Origin: an uncultured Gemmatimonadaceae bacterium
GTDB lineage: Bacteria; Gemmatimonadota; Gemmatimonadetes; Gemmatimonadales; Gemmatimonadaceae
Assembly (NCBI GenBank): GCA_963716745.1
Contig: OY970320.1
Coordinates: forward strand, 704,001-768,000
DNA: 64,000 bases
Direction: 5' to 3'
Within the stretch, counting starts at the first letter, position 1. Every line of letters starts with the position of its first letter. This document shows positions 46,730-57,866 of the stretch, one piece after another. The position numbers and the translations under genes are program-made. Below the pieces are notes generated by a model. It worked only from the letters and a program-made list of their open reading frames with translations. It had not been told where the DNA came from and made no database searches.

Positions 46730-46739
46730 ATGTCTCCTG

Positions 46740-46790
46740 ATGACTGTAGACTGTACGACTGTCGACTGGATCACTGTTGACTGTTCACCG
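46740..46790. repeat. GACTGTN heptamer tandem tract
   Basis: gactgta gactgtac gactgtc gactggat cactgtt gactgtt cac. Confidence 0.85.
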
Positions 46791-46793
46791 CCG

Positions 46794-47957
46794 TTATTTT
46801 CGCTTCGGCCGCTGATCCGCCTTGAACAAATACACCGATTTTACGAGACGCGGTCCGTTCGCATCACACACCGCCATACTACTCCCCTCATACGCACTCG
46901 CCACCGAATACTCTCCCTTCTTGTTCAACGCATAGAACTCAAGATTGAACCACGGCCGGCCCTTCTCATCCAGCAACCGCGCCTCCGTCATCGCGAGCAC
47001 ACGCTCCATCACTTTCATCAGCGACTGCTCCGGCGACATCCCCTGGCGCATGAACTCCACCGCCAGGAATCCGCCGCACACTTTGATATTCGCCTCGCCG
47101 CGGCCGGTCGATCCGGCGGCGCCCACTTCGTTGTCGCAATACTGTCCCGCGCCCACGATCGGCGAATCGCCCACGCGCCCGGGGATCTTCCACGCGAGCC
47201 CGCTCGTGGTGGTGACGCTCGCAATGTCGCCGCTCGCCGTCACCGCGTCCATATTGATCGTCCCCCACGTATACGGCACGCCGCGCTCGTCGTAGCTCAC
47301 ATGTGACGTCGGATCCTCCGGCCGCGGCAGCATCGCGCCGCGCGGCGCGCCCGGCGCGGGCGGCTGCTCCAGCCAATTGTCGTACGCATTGAGCCCGGCC
47401 TTCCACTTCAGCCAATCTTTCCGGCTCTTCTCGGTGAGCAGATTCTCTTCCTTGAATCCCATCTCCAGCGCGAATTGCTTCGCGCCCGCGCCCACGAGGA
47501 AGATGTGATCGGTGTAGTCCATCACCGCCTTCGCGACGAGCGACGGCGTCGCGATCCCCTCGAGCGCGCCCACCGCGCCGGCGCGCTTGGTGGGTCCGTG
47601 CATGCACGACGCATCGAGCTGCACGACGCCCTCTTCATTGGGAAGTCCGCCCAGGCCCACCGACTGATCGTCCGGATTCAACTCGACGATGTTCACACCG
47701 GCGATGATCGCGTCGAGCGGATCGGCGCCCTTGGCGAGCAGATCGTACGCCACCTTGATCCCTTGCTTGCCGTTCGCGTCGGTGGTGAAACCGTTCGCCG
47801 CCGAGATCACGACCGGGCGCGACGCGGGCGCGGCGCGCCGGAGATCAGCGCGGTCGAAGAGGGAGATGACCGGTTGCGCGTTCGCATCGCGCGGGAGCGC
47901 GAGTCCGGCGGCGGCCGCCGCACCGGCGCCCAGGAAATGACGACGAGAGATGGACAT
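46794..47957 (-). CDS. Tat-exported Ntn-hydrolase, glycosylasparaginase/isoaspartyl peptidase family
   Basis: SRRHFLG Tat signal; SVGLGGLP, LDASCM, GTIN, TTTSG, GRVGDSP and STGRGE motifs. Confidence 0.92.
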   Translation of the reverse strand: MSISRRHFLGAGAAAAAGLALPRDANAQPVISLFDRADLRRAAPASRPVVISAANGFTTDANGKQGIKVAYDLLAKGADPLDAIIAGVNIVELNPDDQSVGLGGLPNEEGVVQLDASCMHGPTKRAGAVGALEGIATPSLVAKAVMDYTDHIFLVGAGAKQFALEMGFKEENLLTEKSRKDWLKWKAGLNAYDNWLEQPPAPGAPRGAMLPRPEDPTSHVSYDERGVPYTWGTINMDAVTASGDIASVTTTSGLAWKIPGRVGDSPIVGAGQYCDNEVGAAGSTGRGEANIKVCGGFLAVEFMRQGMSPEQSLMKVMERVLAMTEARLLDEKGRPWFNLEFYALNKKGEYSVASAYEGSSMAVCDANGPRLVKSVYLFKADQRPKRK

Positions 47958-48002
47958 GAGCCCTGACGGTGAGAGACTCGCTGAGTCTACCGCCGGCGCC
48001 CG

Positions 48003-48497
48003 TCAGCGGCTAGACGGCAGCAGCATGCAGGTGCAGGTCCCGTGCGCTACCAGCTTCCCGCGCGCGTCGAACGCGCGTCCCTCCGACGTCGCGCTACGCC
48101 TGCCCGCGTGCACCACTTTGCCCTCGGCGCGCACCACGCCGCTCTCCACCGTCAGCGGCCGCACGAAATGGATGTGCAGATCGGTCGTGGTATAGCTCAT
48201 ACCGCCCTCGAGCGTGGACCACAGCGCGCAGCCCATCACCGTGTCGAGCAGCCCGCTCACCACGCCGCCGTGCGCGATACCCAATGGATTGTAGTGGAAC
48301 TCACCCACGTTCAGCTCGAACACGACCCGCCCCTTCTCGAGCTCGACACCGCGCATGCCGATCAACTCCGTGTATGGCGGAACCGGCAATGTCCCGTCAC
48401 GCATCGCTTGCAGGATCTCGAGTCCGCTCAGATGCGCGGACTCCGCGAAGATCTTGGGGTCGTGCCAGGTGATGGTGCGTTTCCGCTCGGAGGCCAT
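48003..48497 (-). CDS. PaaI family hotdog thioesterase
   Basis: HYNPLGIAHGG..LLDTVMG motif. Confidence 0.92.
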   Translation of the reverse strand: MASERKRTITWHDPKIFAESAHLSGLEILQAMRDGTLPVPPYTELIGMRGVELEKGRVVFELNVGEFHYNPLGIAHGGVVSGLLDTVMGCALWSTLEGGMSYTTTDLHIHFVRPLTVESGVVRAEGKVVHAGRRSATSEGRAFDARGKLVAHGTCTCMLLPSSR

Positions 48498-48522
48498 GGC
48501 GATGACGAAGGGGACGGGAGTC

Positions 48523-48623
48523 TGAACTACAGACCTAGACGCTAGACCTAGACGCTAGAATACAAAGGCGTTGCAGTTCGTGGTTGCAGTCTAGCGTCTA
48601 GGTCTAGCGTCTAGGTCTGCAGT
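48523..48623. repeat. Palindromic element with CTAGACG/CTAGACC heptamer arms
   Basis: 34-bp arms (48526-59 and 48590-623) with one mismatch. Confidence 0.92.
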
Positions 48624-49382
48624 GCATCGAGAAATTTCCTGACCGCCTTGAGATCGATCGCTCTCCTGACGCGCGCAGTATCCTTCGCATCAAAGATCGC
48701 ATAGGCCTCGTCGCAATACTTCGCGAAGAAGGCCCACGTCATTCTGATGCTTGCGCCCCCACGTCACGCACACGGGGCCGAGCGTCGTGTAGCCGGGCAC
48801 GTGCACATAGTGTCCGCCCCATGAATTCACCGCGCCGGTAGGGCCGGCCACGACGTCCCACGGTTTGCCCGCCTGGAATTGCGCCTGCGCCGAGATCGGA
48901 AGACCGAGCCCGAGCCCGACGCCGACGTCGAGCACGATCGCCTGCTTGATCTGATTGCGCACGGAACGATCGAGCTCGGAGAACGCCTGGATTCGATACC
49001 GCTTCGCGGCGGCGAGCCAGCCGGACGAACGCCATTCCTTGAGCGAGTCGAGCACGACGAGTCCGCTGTCAGGACCGCCCGTCTCCTTGAAATATTCGCG
49101 CGTGACATCGCCGTCGGAGATCGCGATGATCTTCCCCTGCTCCACCAACTCGAAGCGCAGCGTCTGATGCGCGCGCCCGGCGATCACACAATCGCCATAC
49201 TGATCGTTCGCGAAGATCGGCGTCGGCACGCCCGGATGCTTCACATCGAAATCATACTCGGCCGGCAACGTCGGCGCCGCGCGAAGTACGCTCGCGAACT
49301 GAAGATTTCGCCGATCCCGCTTAGCGCGTTGCTTCCCGAGCCGATAGAGCGGATTCCGAGAAAGCCCTTTGCTCTTTCGCAT
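48611..49382 (-). CDS. Putative papain-like cysteine peptidase (hypothetical); frameshift near 48745
   Basis: NDQYGDCV..AH, WGGHYV..GY and VTWG suggest a Cys/His catalytic pair; the C-terminus TWAFFAKYCDEAY...FLDALQT-stop is in a shifted frame. Confidence 0.65.
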
Positions 49383-49418
49383 AGCCCCCTCCCACCCGAA
49401 GGAAGCAGCAGTTCCTGA

Positions 49419-49479
49419 GAACTGTAGACTGTCGACTGTTGACTGTCGACTCGATCACTGTTGACTGTTCACTGCAGTT
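49419..49479. repeat. GACTGTN heptamer tract bounded by AACTGTAG...CTGCAGTT
   Basis: aactgta gactgtc gactgtt gactgtc gactcgat cactgtt gactgtt cactgcagtt. Confidence 0.88.
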
Positions 49480-51051
49480 CTAAGCGTGCTTGTGCTTCAA
49501 CACTTCCCTGGCCGCGAGGAACCCCGCCCCTCCCGCGATCCCTCCGCCCGGATGCGTCCCACTCCCACACAAGAACAGCCCCAGCACGGGCGTAGCATAC
49601 CGACTACTCCCCGCCACCGGCCGCATGAACAATATCTGATCCAACGTCAACTCGCCGTGATACACATTCCCCTCGGGCAGCGAATACTCCCGCTCGAGAT
49701 CCAACGGCGTCAGCACCTGCTTCGCGACCACCATTCGCGAGATCCCAGGCGCATACTCCTCGAGCGTCGCCATCACGCGATTCCCCAGCGCTTCACGCCC
49801 CGCGACGTCCCACTCACCATCCCGCAGTTTGTACGGCGCGTATTGCATGTGCACACTCACAACACTCTTCCCCGCCGGCGCCAACGTCGCATCCGCGAGC
49901 GATGGTATCCGCACCTGCAGATACGGCTTCTCCGAAACGCGTCCGTACTTCGCATCATCGTACGCGCGCTCGAGGTAATTGAGATCCGGCGCGATCACGA
50001 TCGTCTCGTCACCCGTCGCGCCGGCGAACTTCGGCACGCCGTCGAGCGCAAGATTCACCTTCGCCCACGCGCCCTTGTACTTGATGTTCCCCACCGCGCT
50101 CGTGAATTCGGGCGAGAGCTGCGACGGATCGCAAAGCGACATGAACGTCGGCCGGGGATCGGCACTCGAGATCACGCGCGGCGCCGCGATCGTGTCGCCA
50201 TTGGCGAGCATGACGCCCGTCGCGCGACCGCCGGTCATGGTCACCTGCTTCACGTCGCGACCCGTCCGTGATCTCCACGCCCGCCGCGCGTGCCGAATCC
50301 GCCAGCGCGCGCGCGATCTCGCCCACGCCGCCTCGCGCCGTCACCGGAGCGTGGAACGCGCCCGCGGCGCGGCCCACCTGATGATGCAGCAGCACGAACG
50401 CCGTTCCGCCCGCGCGAGGACCCTGGAAGATGTGCGTGATCCCGCGCGCGCCCACGATCCCCTTGAGCGCGTCGGTCTCGAACGCATCGTCCAGCACCTC
50501 CTGCACCGACATCGGCACGATGCGCATAAGGTCCACCATCTCGGCCTTGCCGAGCTTCCGAAGCCGGAGCCCCAGCGACGCCGCACTGAACAGATCGCCC
50601 GCGCTCGACGCGTCGATGCTCGGCGCAGGTGCGGAGTACACCGCCTCGAGGAATCCGGCGAGCCGCGCGATCCGCGCCGTGAACACCGGCCAGTGCGCCG
50701 CGTCCTTTGGCGAGATGGCGGCGATCGACGCCGCGGCCTTCGCGACATTCCCATCGAGGCGGAACGACTTTCCGCCCCGCTGCGGCGCGAGCACCGATCC
50801 GCTCGACGGAATGAGCGACGAGCCCGTGCTTCGCGAGTTCCAGATCGCCGATGATCTTCGCCGACAGATACCCCGCGTCGTGCGCGCACGCATCCACCTT
50901 GAATCCAGGCGCCAGCTCGGTGGTCACTGCACTCCCGCCCACGGTGCGCTCGCCGCTCCAGCACGAGCACCTTCAGTCCGCCGCGCGCGAGATAGCCCGC
51001 GGTGACGAGGCCGTTCAGCCCCGCGCCGATGATGATCGCGTCGTAACTCAT
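49480..51051 (-). CDS. Phytoene-dehydrogenase-like FAD/NAD(P) oxidoreductase (paralog 2); frameshifted
   Basis: YDAIIIGAGLNGL, PRAGGTAFVLLHH, YLERAYDDAKYG and GSGTHPGGGI motifs. Confidence 0.88.
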
Positions 51052-52636
51052 GCGTCCTTCAGGATCTCGAGCGCCGCGAGCCGGCCGGAGGCGCCCATGA
51101 TGCCGCCGCCCGGATGCGTGCCCGCGCCGCACTGGTAGAAGCCGCGCACGGGCGTGCGATAGCGCGCCCACTCGGGCGCCGGCCGGAAGAAGAACAGCTG
51201 ATGCAGCGCCAGCTCGCCGCCGAAGATGTTCCCCTCGCTCAAGCCCGGTGATCTCCTCGATCTCGTGCGGCGTGATCACCTGGCGGTGCATGATCGCGCG
51301 TTTGATGTTCGGCGCGAACTGCGCGAGCGTGTTCACCACCGCGTCGCCGAACGCCTCGCGCTTCTGCGCGTTCCAGCCGCCGTTGATGTTCCACGGCGCA
51401 TACTGCACGAAGATCGACATCACGTGCTTGCCCGGCGGCGCCATTCCCGGATCGATCAGCGACGGGATGATGATGTCCATGTACGGCTGCCGCGAGAACT
51501 CGCCGTACTTCGCGTCGTCGTACGCGCGCTCGACATAATCCATGCTCGGACTGATCGACATCGCGCCGCGCAGATGCGGCCCGTTGCCCGGCAGGCAGGT
51601 GAAATCGGGCAATTCGCTGAGCGCGAGATTCACCTTCCCCGACGAGCCGCGGAACTTGAACTTGTCGATCGCGCTCGTGAAATCGTCCGGCAGCTCCTTG
51701 CGGTCGAGCAAGTGCATGAACGTGCGCCGCGGATCGAGTCCGCTCACGATGATCGGCGCCTCGAACTCATCGCCGTTCTCGAGCGCCACACCCGTCGCGC
51801 GGCCGTTCTTCACGATCACTTTCGCGACGCCGGCATTGAGCTTGATCTCCGCGCCGAATGCGCGTGCCGAGCTCGCGATCGCCTCGCTCACACTCCCCGT
51901 GCCGCCCTTCGCGAATCCCCACGCGCGGAAGACGCCGTCGATCTCGCCCATGTAGTGGTGCAGCAGCACGTACGCCGTGCCGGGCGAGCGCGGCCCGAGG
52001 AACGTGCCGATGATCCCGCTCGCCGACTTCGTCGCCTTCAGCACGTCGGTCTCGAACCACTCGTCCAGGAAATCGCTCGCGCTCATGGTCATGAGCTTGT
52101 ACAGCGCGTTGAACTTCACCGCGCCCAGTCCGCGCATGTGCTTGCCGAGTTTGAGCATGCCCATGAGGTCGCGCGGACTCAGCGACGCCGGGTCGGGCGG
52201 CACCATGCGAGATGATCGGCTTCACCGCGCGCGCCATGTGGAACATCAGCTGGCCGTACTCGTCGTACGCGTCCGCATCTCTCTTCGAGTGCCGCAGCAG
52301 CTCGCGCCGCGTGTCGTCGTGGTCGGGCCACTGCGCGAGATAGTCGCCGTTGAGCATCGGCGTCACGGTGCTCTCGAGCGGCAGGATGTGCAGCCCATGG
52401 CTGCGGCAGATCGAGATCGCGGATGATCTCCGGCCGCAGCAGGCTCACGACGTACGAGAACACCGAGAAGGTGAAGCCCGGGAAGACCTGCCGGCTCACC
52501 GCCGCGCCGCCCACCTGGTCGGCCTCTCTCGAGCACGAGCACGCGTCTTGCCGGCGCGCGCGAGGTACGCCGCGTTCACCAATCCGTTGTGCCCGCCGCC
52601 CACGACGATCGCGTCGTACCGCTTCACGGCCGTCAT
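51048..52636 (-). CDS. Phytoene-dehydrogenase-like FAD/NAD(P) oxidoreductase (PYROXD2-like, paralog 1); frameshifted
   Basis: YDAIVVGGGHNGL, SVFSYVVSLLRP, SPGTAYVLLHHYMGE and CGAGTHPGGGIMGASG motifs. Confidence 0.9.
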
Positions 52637-53824
52637 GCCTTCTTCCTCGGCGGGTCGAAGAATGGCGTCGCCACCGCTTTCGCGGCCGCGCGCTTGCGAA
52701 CGTGCTCCACCGTGACCTCCATCTCCAGCGGCGCGCCCGCTGTGAAGTGCGGCGTGCGCACGTGCGCGAGCGCGATGTACTTCTTGAGCAGCGGGCTCCA
52801 GCTCCCGCTGGTCGCGTAGCCCACCTGCGAGCCTCCCGCGTACACCGGCACGCTCGTGCGCCACGCCGTGTTCGGCAGACGCGGCGGCAATCCCGCCTCG
52901 GCGTACAGTCCCTCGAGCGAATCCCAATCCACTTCGATGCCGGTGAGACGCCACTCGGGGCCGCGCGCGACTTCCGCCGCCAGCGCGTCCTTGCCCACGA
53001 ACCAGGGCTTCTTGAGATCCACGCTCCACGCGAGGTTGAGCTCGAAGGGCGAGGATTTCTGCGCCTCGATCATCGCGCGATGCGAGGAGAAGTAATCGAC
53101 CTCGATGAGCACCAGGCCCGCCTCGATGCGCACCATGTCCAGCGCGAGCATGCCCGACGGGATGATCCCGTACGGAACGCCCGCGGCCCAGAGCGCATCC
53201 CAGAGCGGCAGCGCCTGCGCCGCATCCACCCAGATCTCGTAGCCGAGGTCGCCGGTATAGCCGGTGCGCGAGATCGTGATCGGGAATGCCGCGCGCTTTG
53301 CGTGTGCACGAGTCGGAAATACTTGAGCCCCGAGAGATCGCTCTCGGTGAGCTGCTCGAGGATCGCGCGCGACGTGGGGCCCTGCAGCGCGAGCGCCGCC
53401 GTCTTCTCGGAGACATCCTCGATCGTGACGTCCATGCCGATCGCGTTCCGCGAGAGCCAGAGGATGCTCGGATCGGCGGAGGTCATGCGGAACGTGCGCT
53501 CGTCGAGGCGCGAGATCGTGCCGTCGTCGATCACTTTCCCGTGCGAATCGCACCAGCACGTGTAGCCGACCTGGCCCACCTTCATCTTCATCACGTCGCG
53601 CGTGACGACGCGGTCGAGCAGCCGCGCCGCGTCGCGGCCGCCGATCGAGATACTTGTAGAGCGGCGTGACATCGATCAGCCCCGCCGAGCTCCGGATCGC
53701 GTGGTATTCGCGATCGTGCACGAGATCGTACTGGCTGGCCGCGACATACCCGGCCCAGCGCCGCCACGATTGGCTGACGCACAGGGCGGACGGTGCGCGA
53801 GTGAAATGGGGTCTGTTTGAGCAT
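52633..53824 (-). CDS. GcvT-like folate-dependent aminomethyltransferase family protein; frameshifted
   Basis: MLKQTPFH, EYHAIR..AGLIDVTPL, VIDDGT, LALQGP, SRTGYTGDLGYEIW, RIEAG and PFFDP motifs. Confidence 0.9.
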
Positions 53825-53890
53825 TTTGGCTCGCGGAACTTACTCGGTGCGACTGGGACTCGCGAGCTTTTCGCCGTTCGGCGCGACTGA

Positions 53891-53990
53891 CGGGAAGCGG
53901 GACGCGGGACTCGCCGCGGGATGCGAACTGCGCGCGGAGCTCCTCGGGTGGTTCTCGCGTCCCGCGGCGCGTCCCGCGTCCCGCGTCCCG
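53891..53990. repeat. CGGGACG heptamer inverted repeat
   Basis: 36-bp arms (53891-926 and 53955-990) with about 3 mismatches. Confidence 0.85.
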
Positions 53991-53995
53991 CGTAG

Positions 53996-56417
53996 TTACT
54001 CCGCTCTTAGCGCCTCATTCGGATCCACCCGCGCCGCGCGCGCAGCGGGAATCAGTACCGAGAGCGCGGCGACAGCGAGCAGCAGGACCGGAATGGCGAG
54101 GAAGGTCAGCCCATCCAGCGGCGCCACGCCGTACAGCACCGAGCCCAGGAATCGCGTGAGCAGCGCGGCCGCCGACGAGTCCCGCGGCGATCCCGCCGGC
54201 GGCCGGCGCGAGGCCCTGCCGCATCACGAGCGCCAGCACGGTCGCGGCGCGCGCGCCGAGCGCGAGCCGGATGCCGATCTCACGCGTGCGCTGGCTCACG
54301 GCGTACGAGATCACGCCGTAGATCCCTACGGCCGCGAGCAGCAGTGCGAGCGCGGCGAAACCCGCCATGAGCGCCATCGTGAAGCGCTGCTCCTGGGTCG
54401 CGGCGGCGAGCACGTCGCCCAGATGTCTCCACGTGGTTCAGCGGCACATCGGCGTCGATCGCGCGCACGATCGCGCCCACCGGCGTCGCGAGCGCGCGCG
54501 CGTCGCCGCTGGTGCGCGCGACGAGCGTCATCGTGCGCCGCGGGCTCCCGAACGTATTGCCCCACTGCGCGTGCGGAACGAAGAACTTGCGCTTCACCGG
54601 CGTGGTGAGCGACTGATGGTGCACGTCGCCGATGACGCCGACGATCGTGCGCCACGGTTCGTTGGGCCCGCCGATCCGGATCCGGTGTCCGAGCGGATCC
54701 TCATCGTGGAAATACTCTCGCGCGAGCGTCTCGTTCACCGCGATCACGAGCACGCCGTCCAGCCGGTCCGTCGCCTCGATGCCGCGGCCGCGCACGACGC
54801 GCTCCTGCATCGCGTCGAAATAGCCCGGCGTCACGACCTGCCAGTCCGCGCTCAGTCCGTTCGCCTTCGGGATCCTGCGGGCGCCCCTCGATCGCCATCC
54901 CGGCATCGCCCATGTCGGTCGCCAGCGGCAGCTGCCGCACGAATCCGGCGGCCTGCACGCCGGGCAGTTCCCGCACGCGCTCGGCCACCTGGTCGTAGAA
55001 ATCCGCCACCGAGGCGGGCGTCGGATACCGCATCGCCGGCAGCGAGAGTTCGAGCGTGAGCGCGTTGCGCGCCGCGAATCCCGGATCGATCCGCCGCAGA
55101 TTCGCGAAGCTTCGGATCGTGAGTCCGGCGCCGATCACGAGCAGCACCGCGAGCGCCATCTCGGCCGCCACCAGCAGCGAGCGGCCGCGCATGCGCGCCG
55201 CGCCGCCGCTCTGCCCGCGCGCGCCGTCGCGCAGCGCATCCTGCAGATCGATCCCGGCGCCGCGCACCGAGGGCAGCAGGCCGAACAGCGAGGCCGGTGC
55301 CCACGGACAGCACAAGCGTCACGGCGACCACGCGCCAATCCACCGAGAGATCCGCGAGGCGCGGCACCGAGGCCGGCGCGCGCGCCACGAGCAGGCGCAC
55401 GCCCGCCCACGCGAGCGCGAGCCCGAGCGCGCCGCCCGCGCCGCAGAGGATCACGCTCTCGCCGAGCGCCAGCCGCACGAGGTCGCTCTGTCCCGCGCCG
55501 AGCGCCGAGCGCACCGCGATCTCGCGGCGCCGCGCATCGGCGCGCGTGAGGATGAGATTCGCGACGTTCGCGCACGTGAGCAGCAGCAGCAGCGCGACCG
55601 CGGCGGAGAGCACCAAGAGCGCGCGCGACGCGCTGCCCGCAATGTCGGCGGGCAACGGCACCGCGAATGCGGTGAATTGCATCGACACTGGATAGAGCCC
55701 CTGCTCCGTCCACTGTCGCGCGAGCGCCGCGACCTGCGCACTCGCGGCCGGCGCACCGAACCCCGGCTTGAGCCGCCCCACGGCGTACAGGTAGTGACTG
55801 CCGTGATCGCGCATGCCGGCATCGATGCCCAGCGGCTGCACGAGCTGCGTCGTGGCGAGCCCTTTGAACTCGAGCGGGAACTTGAAGCCGCGCGGCAGGA
55901 TCCCCACCACCTGCTGCGGCTTGGCGTTCACATCGATCATCCGGCCGATGATCGACGCATCACCGCCGTAGCGCCGCTGCCACAGATCGTACGAGAGCAT
56001 CACGACCGCCGGCGCCTTCGGTACATCTTCCGCCGACGTGAACGAACGGCCGAGCGCCGCCGGCGTGCCGAGCACCTCGAGCATGTTCGACGTCATCTGC
56101 GTCACGCCCACGCTCTCGGGTCCGCCATCGCCGGTGAGCGTCGCGTCGTTCTCCGTGCTCCATGCCGCCACATCCTGGAACGCCCCCGCCTCCTTGTAGC
56201 CGAGGTAGTCGCCCTCCGCGAGCCACGTCTTGTCGAAATTCACCCACTTGCTCCAGATCAGCGCGAGCCGCTCCGGCTCCCGATACGGCAGCGGCTTGAG
56301 CAGCACCGCATTCACGACCGAGAAGATCGCCGAGTTCGCCCCGATCCCGAGCGCGAGGGTCAGGATGACGACGGCGCAGAAGGCGGGGCGTTTTGCAAGA
56401 GAGCGGAGAGATTGCAT
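53996..56417 (-). CDS. ADOP/MacB-like duplicated ABC permease; frameshifted
   Basis: [67 protein letters not shown] and [18 protein letters not shown]. Confidence 0.92.
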
Positions 56418-56489
56418 CTGAGGCTCGGGCGCTAGGGTGCTTCTTGGACCATTCGCGCGGTCGGAAAGGTTGGCTGGGTTGCCAACGGC

Positions 56490-56566
56490 GGATTGTCGAC
56501 TGTCGGCTGTCGCCTGCGAACCTCTCTCGTCGTAGCAGGCGACAGCCGACAGCCAACAGCCCGCAG
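56490..56566. repeat. GACAGCC/GGCTGTC heptamer inverted repeat
   Basis: ctgtcggctgtcgcctgc (56500-17) is the exact reverse complement of gcaggcgacagccgacag (56535-52). Confidence 0.85.
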
Positions 56567-56574
56567 TCAAGAAA

Positions 56575-57495
56575 TCAGAACCAAAGCACTTGGTATCCCA
56601 CCCCGAACGTCTGGAACTTCGATCCCACGCGCGCGCTCGCGCCGTCGGAGTAGTTGAATTTCACTTGCTGGCCCTTGCCGACGGTGATCGCGGCAATGAG
56701 GCCGATGCGTGAGTTGTCCTGGCGCGCCGTGGTGGGGCCGCCATTCACTTGCGTGCCTCCGCCGGAGTAGTAGGTGCCGTCGGCCGCCACCCAGATCCAC
56801 TTCGCGAACGTATAGCTCACGTGCGCTTGCAGCGAGGTGAGCGGATCCTGCGTGCGCTTGGCCGTGCCGGGATAGAAATCGTAGTTGGGCGCGAAGAGCC
56901 ATACCCCGGCGTAGAGGTCCAGGTAGAGTTTCTTGTTGAAATTGTACGACGCGCCGACCTCCGGCTTCCATGCCCATCGGTTGGTCCCGACGTTGATCAG
57001 GTGCTGCGGATCGTACTGTCCCGTCGGCACTGCGAACGCGCGAGACTCGCGCCGAAAATGAATCGACTGGCGGGCGTGCACGCGAATTTCTGCGGCGTGA
57101 GCGCCGGGACTGCCGATGATGTTCAGCGATACTTTGACTCGCGCGTCCCCGATGCCGGCGCGACTGACGGCGCTGTCAGTGGTCCCACCCACCTTGCCGC
57201 TCAGGTAGCCCCACGCATAGGGCAGCACCGCAGTGAACAACCCCTGCATGTGCCCGATCGCGAAGGTCTGCCCGATGCCGACGGCGACGTTGCGCACATC
57301 GGCCTTCACATCCGTGATCGGCACCGACGGATCGAAGATGATGTCGCCGGTAGAAATCCCATAGGCGACCGCCGCGAAGTGCGCGCCCACCGGCGACGCC
57401 GAGTACGACCGCGGCTCGAGTTCCTGCGCGGCCGCGCGATTACCGAGGCTCACGGCGGCGGCGATCACGAGCGCGCAGCGGGAGGAAGTATGCAT
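56575..57495 (-). CDS. Outer-membrane beta-barrel transporter (phenol_MetA_deg-like); local compensating frameshifts near 57050-57110
   Basis: [30 protein letters not shown] and C-terminal YQVLWF. Confidence 0.85.
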   Translation of the reverse strand: MHTSSRCALVIAAAVSLGNRAAAQELEPRSYSASPVGAHFAAVAYGISTGDIIFDPSVPITDVKADVRNVAVGIGQTFAIGHMQGLFTAVLPYAWGYLSGKVGGTTDSAVSRAGIGDARVKVSLNIIGSPGAHAAEIRVHARQSIHFRRESRAFAVPTGQYDPQHLINVGTNRWAWKPEVGASYNFNKKLYLDLYAGVWLFAPNYDFYPGTAKRTQDPLTSLQAHVSYTFAKWIWVAADGTYYSGGGTQVNGGPTTARQDNSRIGLIAAITVGKGQQVKFNYSDGASARVGSKFQTFGVGYQVLWF

Positions 57496-57717
57496 CACGA
57501 ATTATGTCCACAGCGGCAACGCGACGTAAGGAGCGCGCTGAGAAGTTCTCCGGCGCATGAATCCCGCCCTCTCGCCAGCCCGACCAATGAGGCAGCCCGC
57601 ACGGTGGACGCTCGAACTCGCCGGCGGGCTGATGCGCATAGCGAGATGCGCGCTGCAGTCCCGCAGCGTGCGCAGAATCGGCGGTAGTGCGCAGAACCGG
57701 GCCCCACCGCCGCAGGG

Positions 57718-57833
57718 AGCGCGCCGGACCCCAGCGCAGCCGCGATAGCGAGAAGCGAGAGACTCGCGGCGTAGTGTGCCGCGAGGTTCGAAGCGGTTTG
57801 AGCGAAAGCGGTCTGCGCTGGGGTCCGTCGCGC
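57718..57833. other. Multi-stem intergenic structure (REP-like element or ncRNA)
   Basis: cggaccccagcgcagccgc (57725-43) pairs with gcggtctgcgctggggtccg (57808-27); inner stem ctcgcggc/gccgcgag. Confidence 0.6.
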
Positions 57834-57866
57834 GACCGCGCTCGCGATGATGGCAGTTCCTACTTC

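Noticed and set aside
45978..49479. Repeat tracts as a CRISPR array
   Set aside because: Units are 7 bp and contiguous, with no unique 25-40 bp spacers and no cas genes.
49480..52636. Carotenoid biosynthesis (crtI) cluster
   Set aside because: No phytoene synthase or other crt genes nearby; the motifs and GcvT coupling fit the PYROXD2-like subfamily better.
52633..53824. Glycine cleavage T protein (gcvT)
   Set aside because: No gcvH or gcvP adjacent and the sequence fits the GcvT-like paralogues, so no gene symbol was assigned.
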